64,000 nt of DNA. Origin: an uncultured Chloroflexia bacterium (GTDB lineage: Bacteria > Chloroflexota > Dehalococcoidia > UBA2979). The stretch covers positions 630,976 through 694,975 of the forward strand of contig CAVSIV010000002.1 of the NCBI GenBank assembly GCA_963728205.1, read 5' to 3'. Below the pieces are notes generated by a model. That model made no database searches. It worked only from the letters and a program-made list of their open reading frames with translations, and was not told the DNA's origin. Positions 28,669-40,966 of the stretch are shown here, piece by piece. The position numbers were made by a program, and so were the translations under genes. Numbering within the stretch: position 1 is the first letter of the stretch; every line of letters begins with the position of its first letter.

Positions 28669-30665
28669 GTGTCGCGAGCCCGGTTCCTCAGGAGCGGCCA
28701 GGCGAGGCGTTCGACGAGCAGGAGGCGCTCGCGGCCTGCCGGCGTAGTGCGCCTCGGCGTGCTGGCGGCGGTGGCGGCGGTGGCGCTGGTCGTCGGACTG
28801 CGGCCGCAGCGCGGCGCGGCGACCGCGCAACTCGACATCGTCTCCGTCCAGCACGACCCGCGCGGCGAGATCCTCGCGTCGCTGCGCCCTCCGCAGCCCA
28901 CCTCAGTCGTGAGCCAGGTGAGCGCGCTGGTCGACGGCGCGCCGCGGCCGACGCAGCTCGTGTCGCGCCCGCCGTCGCCCGCCTCCGTGGTCATCGCAAT
29001 CGACACCAGCGCGAGCATGCAGGGCGCGCCGCTGGCCGGCGCACAGCGCGCGGCGATGGCGCTGGCCGATCGGCTCGACCCGCGCGACCAGGTCGCGATC
29101 GTCACGTTCTCGGACGCCCCGCGCCTGCTCGCGCCCTTCAGCACCGACCGCGCGCAGACCGATGCCGAGCTGCAGGGGCTCGTCGCCAGCGGGAACACCG
29201 CCCTCTACGACACGGTGGCCATGACGGCCGGGCTCTTCGCAGCAGCAGGAGAGCGGACCGCGCGTGCTGGTGCTGCTCACCGACGGCGAAGACTACGGCA
29301 GCGTCCTGCCCGACGGGCGCGCCGCGAGCCTGGACCGCATCAGGGGCAAGCGGCGCGCAGGTGCAGGCGTTCGCGCTGGGCTCGGAGGCCGACACCAGCT
29401 ACCTGGCCGCGGTCGCGAGCGATACGCACGGCGGGTACTCGTCGGTGTCCGACGACTCCGCGCTGAACGACATGTTCACGCGCCTCGGCGACCGCCTCGC
29501 TGCGCCCGTGCAGGTGGCGGTCGACGTGCCGCCGCTCACGCGCGGGACGCACACGCTCGAGATCCGGGCGCGCGTCGACGGGCAGCCGGCGGTCGCCACG
29601 CGCGACGTGCCGGTGACGAACGATGGACTGCTCACGGGCTCGCTCCAGTCGCCGAGCGGAGCCGGGAGCCAGGACCTGGAGGTGCTCAACATCGCCTCCA
29701 TGGCTCCGGATGGCTCGCTCGCGCTGCAGGCGGAGGCCGGCGGCGTCACGCTCCCGGTGCTCGGCCAGCCGCCGCGGGTCCTCGTCGATCCGTGGCGCTT
29801 CCAGGCGGGGCCCGTCCAGGTGAACGTGACGGCGTCGCTGAACGACACGGTCGTGTCGACGGCATCCTTCACGGTCGAGGTGCCGCCGCTCGCGCCAAGG
29901 ATCGGCATCGATCTGCCGTCGGGACCGGGAGGCGGCGCCGCGCGCAACGTGGTCGTGCACGGGCAGGTCCAGGGCGCGGCGCCGGGAGCGATGCTGGTCG
30001 TGACCGTGGACGGCCGCGAGGTGGCGCGCGGACCGCTGCCCGATTTGCGCGTGCCCGCCCCGCGTGGATCGCAGGTCGTGGCGAGCGTCGTCGACGCCGC
30101 GGGGAGCGAGCTGGCAACCACATCCGCTTCGCTGCCGGCGGCTCCCGCCGCGCAGTCCGCGGCGAGCACCGGGCCGGCACCGTGGGCATCGCTGGTGGCC
30201 GCCGCGATGGGCGCGCTCGCCGTCGGGCTCTACGCTTCGCGTCGGTGGTCGGGACGACCGCGTCGCGAGCGTCGAGGTCCGCTGGAGTGGGAGCCGAACG
30301 CGCGGACCCTGCTCGTGGGACGGGGTCATCCGGAGGCCGCGGCCGACCCCGGACCACTCGCGACCCTCGTCGTGCGCTCGCCCCAGGGCGTCGAGCGCCG
30401 CTACGCCGTCGGCCGCCGCCCCCTCTCGCTCGGTCGTTCCGCGCAGTGCGACGTGATCATCGACGCGGAGGCAGTGAGCGAACTCCACGCACGCCTGGTG
30501 GCGATCGGCGGCGGCGAGTTCAGGGTGCACGCCATCGCGCCCCGGCCCGGCCTGGCGTGCGACGAGCGCCGCCCAGACGAGTGGTTGGTCGTGCATCTCG
30601 ACGAGCCAATCGCGATCGGCGGACACACGCTGACGCTGTACGAAGCGGAGGCTTCTGTTGCCTGA
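28669..30665 (+). CDS. Membrane-anchored VWA-domain protein with C-terminal cytoplasmic FHA domain; frameshifts at ~29260 and ~29350
   Basis: MIDAS DTSAS, GNTALYD, LLTDGED; Ig-like stretches; TM near 30190; FHA LGRS..CDV.I....VS..HA. Confidence 0.8.
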
Positions 30666-32006
30666 GTCGCTGACGGAGCCACGGGAACGCACGCGCGCCG
30701 CCTCGGCCGCAGAGGACATCTACGGGCTGCTGGGCGTACGGCCCGACGTGGGCCGCACGCTCGCGCGCGAGATGTACTGGAACAAGATGGAGCCGGCTCC
30801 TGACCGGCGCGGAGCGAGACAGCGAGGATACGCGCGCGCGCATCGAGTCGCTGAACGCCGCGCTCGCGACGATCCTCGACGACGAGTTGCGCGCCGAGTA
30901 CGACCGCTCCCGCCGAGTGATAGGTGGGCGCGGATCGGTAGGCCACACCGCGGCGCAAATGGCTCTCGCGCTGCGGCGGCTGGCTAGTGGCCGCGGCGGC
31001 GCTGGCTGCTCGTCGCGGCACTGTTCGCAGTGACCGTGGCGCTCACGGCCGGAGCGGGCTCGGGCGGCGCGTCTCCTGCCGGCCGCGGCGTCCTGCTGGC
31101 GTTGCTCAGCGCCGGCACGTGGGCCAGGGCGCGGCAGCGACGCGTCGCGCCGCTCGAACTGCTCGGGCTGCTGCAGGATGCGACGCCGCAGCAGATCGAC
31201 ATGGCATATCACTCGCGAGCACAGGACCTGCTGGTCCGCCTCGCGCAGGACGAACGCGTGATCCACTCGCTCGACCGGCTCGACCGGGCGTACGTCGCAG
31301 CCATGGGCATGGCGCTCGGACCCGAATCGCGAGGGGTGCCGCGGGGACGCGCAAAGCGCCTCCTACATGCCATCGGTCGGGGGGCGGAATGGAGCGCCTG
31401 GACGCTCTGGCGTCTGCTCACGGTCGCCGCCCGAGCAGCGGTACCGCCCACGCGCTGGCTGTTGCACGCAGCGGGGGTTGGCGAGCGCGCGCTCGTCGAG
31501 CGCGCCCGCCGGCTGGCGGACCAGCGTGCGACCGGAGCCGTGCCGGACCCTCCGCACATCGACCTCCAGGAGCGGCTGGCGGCGAGCTTCAAGGCGAGCG
31601 CGTTGCGCCTTGCCGAGCCGTCAGGAGCCGCGAACGCATCCGAGGACGCGCGCGCGGGGCGGAGCCGGCGGACGATGCAGGGCCTTCCGCATGGCTGTTG
31701 CTCTCTGCGGCCGCGGGGACGCGACGCGTGCCGGTCGGGTCGCGCCCGATTCGTATCGGCAGCGGCCGCGAGTGCGACCTCGTGCTCCCCGAACGAGAAG
31801 GCGTTGCCGCCGAACACGCGATGATCTGGCGTCGAGGGGACGCAGTCATTCTGCACGTGACCGATCCGCAGGCTCCGTGCACCGTGAACGGCTCGCAGGT
31901 GAGCTGGGCTCGCCTGGACGATCGCGACGTTCTGTGCATTGGGTCCGCGACCTTCAACATGAGGTCGCCGCGCCCTAGCCCTTCCGCTTTCGAAGGCACG
32001 ATCTGA
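30658..32006 (+). CDS. Protein with two degenerate DnaJ-like domains, TM segments and a C-terminal FHA domain; several frameshifts
   Basis: DIYGLLGV..., LNAALATILDDELRAEYD; LELLGL..DAT.QQI..AY; IG....CDLVL...V..EHA.I...VNG......L.D.D...IG. Confidence 0.6.
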
Positions 32007-32329
32007 ACCAGCATTCCACGGGCCATATCCGTGCGTGCTTCGATGTCCTTTGAGGCGACCGCACCGCGTCCTCGAGCGCGGCGGCATTCTTCACGTTTCT
32101 TGACGATTGTTCCATAGCCACGGGCGATTTCTCGGCCAAGGCGCCGCAGATTGTTCTGTACCTTGCCTGCACGCGGTTTCGCGTCTCGAACGAACGGCCG
32201 GGCCGGGGGATGGAGGCGAGTTCGCACGGATCGAGAGACCAGACTGACGATCCGCTTCGACGCATTGCGGGGACGTCGAGGGACCGCTGACACAGACCAC
32301 AATCCCCGATCGTTCACAAGGAGTCATAC

Positions 32330-32551
32330 ATGTCGTTCGTGCTTCCAATGATTGTCGCATTCCGTGGCTACATCGAGTCGCTCCTGTCCGACCGCGAGGA
32401 AGGCCAGGGCATGGTCGAGTACGTGCTCATCATCGGCGCGATCTCGGTCGCCCTCGTCGTGGCGTTCAACACGGGTGGCGTGAGCACCGCCATCACCGCC
32501 CTTTCCGGCGGCGTCGCAAGCGCGATCCAGGCGACAGTGGGTTCGCTGTAG
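32330..32551 (+). CDS. flp: Flp family type IVb/IVc pilin
   Basis: EEG|QGMVEYVLII Flp motif followed by a hydrophobic helix; AAGGAG RBS. Confidence 0.92.
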   Translation: MSFVLPMIVAFRGYIESLLSDREEGQGMVEYVLIIGAISVALVVAFNTGGVSTAITALSGGVASAIQATVGSL

Positions 32552-32664
32552 CGGAATCCTCAGTTCACGTTCCGGCTCCCGCGGGCGCCGCGAACGCGAT
32601 TAGGACTCCGTGGCCCCATCAATAGCCACGTAGTGATTCAACGAGGACGAAGGGGGAAAACGAC

Positions 32665-33170
32665 GTGCACCGGTTCCATGCTGAGACCGGACAGGCCGTC
32701 GTGGAGTTCGTGCTCCTGTTTCCCCTTCGTCCTCGTCATGATCCTCGCCATCGTCGAATTCGGGTTTGCATTCCATGCGTTTGTCACCATCAACAACGCA
32801 GCTTCAGAGGCTGCACGGTACGCCGCACTCGGCAACGAGCCGAATGCGGGCGCGACGTGCCAGACCGGGTCTCCCACGTCTATCGAGGGTCGCGCAGTGG
32901 ATATGTCGGCCGGCCTGATCGCGTGTTGACGAAGTGTCGGTCCAGTACACGAAGATCGTGCCGGAACACGGGCTACTCACGCGGCGACGCCGTCTCCGTC
33001 CATATTGCGCACACGTACAGCATGATCACGCCGCTCGGCCCACTGCTCTCCATGGCGTCCAGGAGGAACGATCCCCAGCACACTGACGATGACCGCTTGT
33101 TCGGATTCGCGCCTCGAGCGCACGCCCGCGGATCAATCGCTCCTGCACGGCGGGAAGCGGGTGCTCCTGA
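32665..33170 (+). CDS. tadE: TadE-like pseudopilin (frameshifted)
   Basis: GQAVVEFVLL.P, IVEFG, AA.EAARYA. Confidence 0.75.
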
Positions 33171-34403
33171 TGAGCGCGCTGCACGCCGAGGCGGCGAGCG
33201 GGCCAGACCGTGATTGCGCTCGTGCCGGTCATGTTCATGTTCGCCTGTTCGGCGCTGCCGTGATCGACGTCGGTGCACTGGTCAACACGCGGCGCGATGC
33301 GCAGTCCGACGTCGATCGCGCGGCGCTCGCGGGGGCCTCGGCATGTCACGCTCGAGGCCGCGAACAGCGTCCCGGACACCTCGCGGCTCTCTCGCGCGCC
33401 ACCGACTGGGCGGTCAGGAACGGGATCGACACGAGCGCGCCCGGGTTCTCGGTGCAGGTCGTGTCGACCTGTTATTCGGCCAACGACGGCGTCCCGGACG
33501 GCGTGACGGTGTCCGTGAACCGGCCCGCGCCGTCGTTCTTCGTGCTCTTCAACTGGAGCGCGTCTGCGACCGCAACCGCCTGCGCCGGGCACTCGAGTGG
33601 GGTCACGGGCTTTCTGCCGTGGGCGCTCTCCCTCACAGCAGCTGCTTCAGGGACGACGGCACGGGGGACGCGAGCCGAGGTGGGGAGAGCGCTGCGACAT
33701 CGTCGTCGACTCGAACTCCAGCGGATTGTCGGGCGAGCTGGGTGTCGCGATCGGTGGTCAGTGCGCGGACGGGAATCCGTCGTCATCCGTGGTGCGCGAG
33801 AACATCGCGAACGGCGTGACGGCGTACTGCCAGATCGGTGACTCAATCCAGGGCAACAGCGGGTACAGCGTCGGCGCCAACCGGCAGGGGCTGCACCACA
33901 GACTGATCGTCGACGGCGCGTGCGACGCCAACTTCCCGGGCACCGACGCCGAGTTCAACGCCGCAAACGCAGCGCTGGACGCGGTAGTTGCCGTGCCGCT
34001 CGAGTTCCCGTCGTCGCCCGCGCGCCGCGACGGCATCGACGACTTCTACGAGACCTTCCACTATGACCCGTATGCCCCTGGGCCCGCATACGGGCTCGAG
34101 CCGTACGACTGCAATCCGTGGATTGCGGACGTGCAGACGTCGCCCCGCAACGTGACGCTCGTCGTCATCAGTGACTACGCGGTGCCCGACGGCAACGCGG
34201 GTCCGCAGAGCTATGTCGTGCGCGGCTTCGCCGGCATGTACCTCGAGGGTTGTACGGGGAACGACGGCGCCTTTCGCAAGAACTGCAACGTCCCGGGCGG
34301 CCCATTCACCGTCCACGCGCGGTTCGTCAATCGCGTGAACCTCAACAACTCGAATCTGACGCTCGGCACCGTCGGAGACGTCGGGATCTTCCTGGCGCGC
34401 TGA
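33170..34403 (+). CDS. tadG: TadG-like pseudopilin/adhesin with Cys-rich C-terminus (frameshifted)
   Basis: GQT-like cleavage site, AVIDVG, Q..VDRAALAGA Tad N-terminal pattern. Confidence 0.7.
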
Positions 34404-34423
34404 GGACGATAGAGGAGTCGGCT

Positions 34424-35269
34424 ATGCGGCTACTTCGGACGATCGGCTCGGGAAGCACGCTGTTGCTGCTCGCAGTGTTGCTCGGGTTGGCGACGGCCGG
34501 GGCGACCTACGCCTACGTGATGAAGCACACCGCCGACAGCCAGACGTCGGGCGGGGCTGCCGGGCTCGACGCTCAGACCCAGTCCATCGTCGTCGTGCGG
34601 AACGCGGTCGCCGCCGGCACGACGCTGCCGGCAGGGGTGCTGGAGCTGCGTGACGTCCCGGTGAGCGATGTCCTGCCCGGCGCGTTCAGCGATGTGAAGC
34701 AGGTGGCCGGGCACGTCGCACGCTACCCGCTCGTCGCGGGCGACCAGGTCATCGCGTCACGCATCGTGACTGACCAGTCCATCGACGGGCAGGGGCTCGC
34801 GTTCTCCGTCCCGGAGGGCATGCGTGCCGTCAGCGTGCCGGTCTCCGAAGTCAGCGGCGCCGGCGGGATGATCGTGCCCGGAGACCGTATCGACGTGCTC
34901 GCGTCGACCTCGTACCAGCGGCTGTTCCCGCCGGGAGCGACGGTCACGCCTGAGGAGCGCCAGGCGCCGGCCGTCGTCACGGTGCTCCAGGACGTGCTGG
35001 TGCTGGCCGTCGGCCAGGAGGCCACGTCGACCATCGACCCCGCGCAGGACCCGGCAACGCTGCGACCGACCGACGCGAAGCCGCAGCCGGCCGCGCGGTC
35101 GGTGACGCTGGCCGTGACGCCGGCCGACGCGCAGGTGCTCTTCATGGCGGCGATGGAGGGCAAGATCGGCATGGCCGTGCGCTCGTTCGGCGACCGCGAC
35201 CGGTCGGTGCTCACGCCGGTGGCGAGCCTGCAGCCGGCACCCGTCGGTGCAGTGAGCCGGGCGCCGTAG
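34424..35269 (+). CDS. cpaB: Flp pilus assembly protein CpaB/RcpC
   Basis: N-terminal TM, SAF domain, GMRAVSVPV...GAGG.I.PGDRIDVL, VLQDVLVLAVGQ, VTLAVTP. Confidence 0.93.
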   Translation: MRLLRTIGSGSTLLLLAVLLGLATAGATYAYVMKHTADSQTSGGAAGLDAQTQSIVVVRNAVAAGTTLPAGVLELRDVPVSDVLPGAFSDVKQVAGHVARYPLVAGDQVIASRIVTDQSIDGQGLAFSVPEGMRAVSVPVSEVSGAGGMIVPGDRIDVLASTSYQRLFPPGATVTPEERQAPAVVTVLQDVLVLAVGQEATSTIDPAQDPATLRPTDAKPQPAARSVTLAVTPADAQVLFMAAMEGKIGMAVRSFGDRDRSVLTPVASLQPAPVGAVSRAP

Positions 35270-35327
35270 CTCGCTGATCCCATCGGGCGCCTCCGGCGTC
35301 GCGCAACTGGAACGGAAGAAGGGCCGG

Positions 35328-36540
35328 ATGGCGCGCAACCTGTCAGCACTGGTCGTCGATCCCAATCTCGACAGCCGGCTCGAGGCGGTGAAGCTCCTCG
35401 AGTCGGTGGGGTTGGACTGCGCCGGGGAGGCGACATACGGGGTGGAGGCGACGTACCTGGCGGCCGACCGGCGACCGAACATCGTCCTGCTTGCGCTGGA
35501 GGAGCCGCCGATGCGCGGCCTCTCCACCGCTGAGGCGCTACAGCAGCGCCTGCCGGACACGCCGCTGCTCGTGTACTCGTCGTCGCTCGAGCCGGCGATG
35601 ATGCGCCAGGCCATGCGTGCCGGGGCGCGCGACTTCCTGGAGAAGCCGCTGTCTGCCGCGCGAGCTGCGCAACGCCATCCATTCGGTGCTCGCGCAGGAA
35701 GAGCAGCGGCAGCTCTCGCGGTGGCAGGAGCAGAGCGCGCACGACGCGCGCGGCACCGTGATCACAGTCGCCGGCGCGAAGGGGGGCATCGGCAAGACGA
35801 CGATCGCCGCGAACCTGGCCGTCGCGCTGCGCCAGGTCACCGAACCAGGAGGTCGCGATCGTCGACGGCGACGCGCAGTTCGGCGACATCGCCGTCATGC
35901 TCACGCTGGACGTGGAGCGCAGCGTCGCGGATCTGGCGCGCAACGAGACCGAGATCACCCGCGACACGATCCAGCCGTACCTGGTAACCCACGAGTGCGG
36001 GGTCGACGCGCTCACGGCTGCCTCCGAGCCGGACGACTGGCGCGCGCTGCAGTCTGACCACATCAGCGCTATTGCACAGGCGCTCTCGCAGACCCACGAG
36101 TGGGTCATGCTCGACACGCCCGGCACGATGAGCGAGGTGGTCGCGGCCTCACTGAACGAGGCGGCGATCGTGCTGCTGGTGAGCTCGCTCGACGTCTCGA
36201 GCATCAAGGACACGCGGACCGCGCTGCGCATCCTCGAGTCATGGGCGGTCGGTCCCGACCGCATCCGACTCGTGGTGAACGACAACACGCGCGCCGGCCG
36301 CGGTGACGCCCGAGGACGTCGAGCGGGCGACCGGGATGGAGATCTCGCGCCTGATCGCGCACGACGCGTCGGTCGGCCTCTCAGTGCAGACCGGGATCCC
36401 GATCGTGATGTCGAATCCGCGCAGCCGGTTCGCACGCGAAGTGGTCGGGCTCGCAGAGAGTATCGCGGGGGTGCGCCGAGGAGCGGGCCGCATGGAACCC
36501 GATCACGCGGATTCCGCTGCTGGGTAGGAGGGTTTGATGA
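35328..36540 (+). CDS. cpaE: CpaE/TadZ (receiver-like + MinD-like ATPase); frameshifted
   Basis: AMRAGARDFL, GAKGGIGKTT.A.NLA, D.QFGD, DTP. Confidence 0.85.
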
Positions 36541-37895
36541 CTGAGCCAGGGCGACTCGTCCGCCCCCTTGGACGCGAGCAGGCTCCGCAGCGCGACGCGC
36601 GCGAGGGACGCCAGTTGCTCGCGGAACGCCTGCACGAGCGCCTGGTCGCCGATCTCGACGTCCGCGCGCTCGACGCGCTGCCGGCGGCCGAGCGCGCGCG
36701 TCACCGTCGAAGGCGCCGTCGCCCGACTGCTCACGGAGCTGGACCCGGCCGTCGCTGGCCTCACGCGCCAGGAGCTGGTGAACGAGGTCGTCGGACGAGG
36801 TGCTCGGCTTCGGCCCGATCCAGCCGCTCCTGGAAGACCCCGAAGTCACCGAGATCATGGTGAACGGCCCGTCGCGAGATCTTCTACGAGCGCGACGGCA
36901 TGCTCTACGTGAGCGCGGTCCGCTTCCGCGACGCCGAGCACATCCGGCGCATCGCCGACCGCATCACCGCCCCGCTCGGGCGGCGCCTGGACGAGAGCTC
37001 GCCGATGGTCGACGCCCGCCTGCCCGGACGGATCGCGCGTGAACATCGTGCTGCCGCCGATCGCGGTGCACAGCCCGACGATGACCATCCGCAAGTTCCG
37101 CACCGACCGCTTCGACATCGACGACCTCGTGAGGATCGGCACGCATGAGCCGCGAGGTTGCCGGGTTCCTCCGCGCATGCGTGATCGCGAAGGTGAACCT
37201 GGTGATCTCGGGCGGCACCGGCACCGGCAAGACCACGTTCCTGAACGCGCTCTCCGCGTTCATTCCACGGCAGGAGCGCGTCGTCACGATCGAGGACCCG
37301 ATCGAGATCCGGCTGCGCCAGCCGCACGTCGTGACGCTCGAGGCGCGGCCCGGCGGCCGGCGAGGGCAAGAGTCGAGGTCACGCAGCGCGACCTCGTCCG
37401 CAACGCGCTGCGCATGCGCCCCGATCGCATCATCGTCGGCGAGGTCCGCGGCGCCGAGGCGTTCGACATGATGCAGGCGATGAACACGGGCCACGAGGGC
37501 TCGATCACGACCGTGCACGCGAACACGCCGCGCGACGCGCTCTCCCGCATCGAGAACATGGTGATGATGGCGGGGTTCGAGCTGCCGCACGCAGGCGATC
37601 CGCCAGCAGATGGCCTCCGCGCTCCACCTGATCGTCCAGGTTTCACGCATGGTCGACGGCTCGCGCCGCGTGACTGCGATCACGGAGGTTGTGGGGTCTG
37701 GAGGGCGACGTCATCGCGATCCAGGACGTGTTCCGGCTCGAGAATCAGGCGCTCAACGCGGAGGGTCGCGTCGAGGGCGAACTCGCTGCCACGGGTGTCC
37801 GGCCGCGATTCGTCGACCGGTTCCGCGCCCTCGGAGTGTCGGAGGACTGGATCGCCCCACCCCCGGTGAACGGCCGTGTCGGGGTGGCGCTGTGA
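36537..37895 (+). CDS. cpaF: CpaF/TadA pilus assembly ATPase; multiple frameshifts
   Basis: [66 protein letters not shown]. Confidence 0.9.
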
Positions 37896-38911
37896 GCGCG
37901 CCCGGCATAGTGGGAACCCACGTACTCATGGCGCCGACCGTGATCGCCCTGGGTGCCGGCAGCACCGCGTTCCTCGTCGTGGTCTGGGCTTCACAGCTCG
38001 CGCGGAGACCGCGCGCGCTGGTTCGCGCGCGCGTCGACGCGATGCGCCAGCTCGGGCCGTATGTGGCCGGCGCGCGCGCAGGACGTGCTGCGCGACCGAC
38101 GCCTGTCGGGTGTGCGCGCGTTCGACCTCCTGCTGCGGGGTCGTGCGTGGACCGCGGGGCAACGGCGCCTGCTTGAGCGCGCCGGACTCGAGCTCCGGGT
38201 CGGCGAGTACATGGCAATCCGGCTCGCGGCGGTCGCGCTGCTTGCGGCGGTGCTCACCGTCGCGCTCGACCGTGCCGCGCCGGCGCTCGCGGTGCTGGGG
38301 GGCGTCGGCGGGGCGCGTCCTCGGCACCATCGTGCCGACGATCTGGCTGCGGCGACGCATCGTTCGCCGACGGCAAGGCGATCGAGCGAGCCTGCGTCGA
38401 GCTCTGCGACATGATGGCGTCGATGCTGCAGTCGGGGTTCGCGTACATGCAGGCGCTGTCGATGGCTGCCGATCAGATCGAGCGGCCCACTGGCGGACGA
38501 GCTTGCCAGATGCGCGACGCGGTGCGGCTCGGGGCGGGAATCGATGACGCGCTGGAACAGCTCAACGAACGTCTCGACAGCAAAGACTTCGACATGATGG
38601 CGACGGCCATCGCGATCCAGCGGCGCACGGGCGGGAGTCTCGCCGGGATCCTGCGGAGCGTCGCAGAGACGATTCGCGAGCGCCAGCTCTTCCGACACGA
38701 GGTGGCGGCGATGACGTCGCGCGAGCGCTATTCGGCGCTCGTCGTCGCGGCGGTGCCGCCGCTGCTCGCGACGCTGTTCATCGTCGTCGCGCCGCCAGAA
38801 CTACATGCGCCTGCTGACCGACCCGATCGGGAACGTGATCCTCGCCATCGCGCTGATCTCGACGCCCTCGGGTACTTCGCGATCAAGCGCGCGACGCGGC
38901 TGGAGGTCTAG
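37892..38911 (+). CDS. tadB: TadB inner-membrane platform protein (frameshifted)
   Basis: T2SSF-like: M.S.LQSG, IQRRTGGSLA.IL..VAETIRER. Confidence 0.85.
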
Positions 38912-39839
38912 ATGCACGCGCTTGCCACGGCCATCCCTGCTGGCGGCCGCGGCCGGGGTCTCGGTGGGCCTGCTCGTGCTCGGGCTCGCGCGGCCAAATC
39001 GCCGCTCGGCGGTGCGGGAGCGACTGGAGGCGATGGGGCGGGTACCGCCCGAGCGCGCGGGCACATCGCTGGCCCGCGCGCCTTGGTGCCGGTGGCGACG
39101 CGCGCGTCGGCCGCTGGCTGGCGTCGTATCTCCCGGGCGGCATGCAGCGGCGGGTCGCGTGCGCTGGGCTCGACCACGCCGGCCTGCGGATCGCGCTGTC
39201 ACGCTTCCTCGCATGGTGGGCCGGGTTCGGCTTCGTGCTCTCCTCTGGCTCTCTTCCTGCTGGTGGTCGCGGGCGGCGGGCAGCTCGGCCCGCGATCGCT
39301 GCTCGACACTCGTCGCCGGGCCGCTGCTGGGCTGATGCTCGCTGGCTGTGGTTGCGCGCCGCAGCCGCACGCGCGATCATGCGATCGATCGCGGCCCTCC
39401 CCGACGCCATCGACCTGATCGTCACGAACATCGAGTCCGGCGTCGGTCTGCAGGCCGCGATCATCAGCGTCGCGCAGAAGTCGACTGGACCGGTTGCGGA
39501 GGAGTTCAACCGACTGATCCGCGAGATCAGCCTGCGGGCGTTCGAACCAGGAAGCACGTGGAGGCGATGGCGCGCCGGAGCGGCTCCCGCGAGCTGTCGT
39601 TGTTCGCGCGCTCGATCGCACAGGCGGAGCGGAACGGCATTCCGATCAGCCGCGTACTGCGTGGCCATGCCGCAGAGTTGCGCGAGCGGCGTCGGCAGCA
39701 GGCCCGCGAACGCGCGAACACGTTCCCTCTGCGCATCACGTTGCTGACCGTGGTGTTCATGTTCCCGACCCTTTTCCTGCTGATTCTCGGCCCCGTCGTC
39801 CTGGGCATGATCTCGTACTTCAAAGGGTTCGGCGGATGA
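38912..39839 (+). CDS. tadC: TadC inner-membrane platform protein (frameshifted)
   Basis: LPDAIDLIV..IESG.GL, QAER.G..I..VLR..A.ELRERRRQ.ARE.A, FP.LFLLILGP. Confidence 0.85.
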
Positions 39840-40281
39840 CCGGCCTCGACCGACGATCCGGGGGTGCCCGCGCCAACCGCCGATCGCCCGGGCACGCGCG
39901 CGTGACCCTTGCGACTAACGCGGCCGTACGTGATCACGAGCGCGCGTCGCTGCGAGTTGGTGGCAGCGCGCGCGCGGATTGCTGTTCGCGCCGATGTTGC
40001 TCCCCGCCGGAGGGCCTGTCTGATCACGCCGTGCGGGTCGGTGCACACGTGGGGGATGCGCGAAAGCATCGATGTCGCGTCTCCTCGACGCCGACCTGCG
40101 GGTGGTGAAGGTCTCCGCGCGGCTGCGGCCGTGGCGGTTCAGTTTCGGGGGGCGTCGCACACGCCACACGCTCGAGCTCGCGGAGGGCGAGTGCGCAGCG
40201 CATCGGGCTTGTCGTGGCGAGATGCCCTCACGCCGCGGGGCGGCCCGGAGTCCGATGGCGAGGAACGGGGGCGCCGAATGA
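39836..40281 (+). CDS. DUF192-family protein (frameshifted, boundaries approximate)
   Basis: Joined across frames: LITPCGSVHTWGMRESIDV..LDADLRVVKV..L.PWR...TLELAEG, which matches the DUF192 pattern common in Tad loci. Confidence 0.7.
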
Positions 40282-40346
40282 CGTTGTCACGGCGTTCCAG
40301 GTTCGCGATCGCCGCTGCGCGACCGGGAGCAGGCGGGCCGCCGCTA

Positions 40347-40816
40347 TGACTCGGCCGTGCTCGGGCGGACGACAGCCGGAGTGGCGGCCGCCGGCGTAGC
40401 CACGGCGCTGCTCGCCGCCGCAACCCTCATCGATCTGCGGGTGCGGCGCGTGCCGAACGCGCTCGACCTACGGGGGGACGGTTGCGGCCGTCCTCGCAGC
40501 GGCGATCGAGGGACCGTCGTCTGCCGCGCTCGCTCTAGCCGGGTGCGCATTTGCTGGTGGAGTGATGGGCAGCGTCTACATCGCCTCGCGTGGCCGGCTT
40601 GGACTCGGGGACGTGAAGCTCGCGGCCGCCGTCGGCGCTCTGCTGGGTCCCGCGGGGGTCGTTCCGTTCCTCCTGGCGTCCGGGGTTGCCGGCGGCCTCG
40701 GCGGCACCTGGCTGCTGCTCCGGGGCGCGCGGCGCGGCGACACGATGGCCTACGCTCCCGCGCTCGCGGCGGGCGCGGTAATCACGCTCCTGTCGTCCGG
40801 CGGGGTCATCCGCTGA
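40347..40816 (+). CDS. cpaA: Prepilin peptidase CpaA/TadV (A24), frameshifted; start approximate
   Basis: Two catalytic Asp motifs: IDLR.RRVPN and GLGDVKL; final YAPAL..G. Confidence 0.8.
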
Positions 40817-40966
40817 GTGCTCCGCCGCACACACCCGGCCTGCGACGAGCGTTCAGGAACGGACGGTTGGCTTCCAGCGGGCCAATTCGATCAACACGCG
40901 CAACGTCCGCGCCGTCGCGGCCGGCTCAAGTCTCACGCCGTCAATCGTGAGCCCCGGAAGCATGGT

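Noticed and set aside
28669-40816. Programmed frameshifting or pseudogenisation of the Tad genes
   Set aside because: No consistent slippery sites, motifs are intact on both sides of each break, and the same indel pattern hits rpmJ; sequencing error is more likely.
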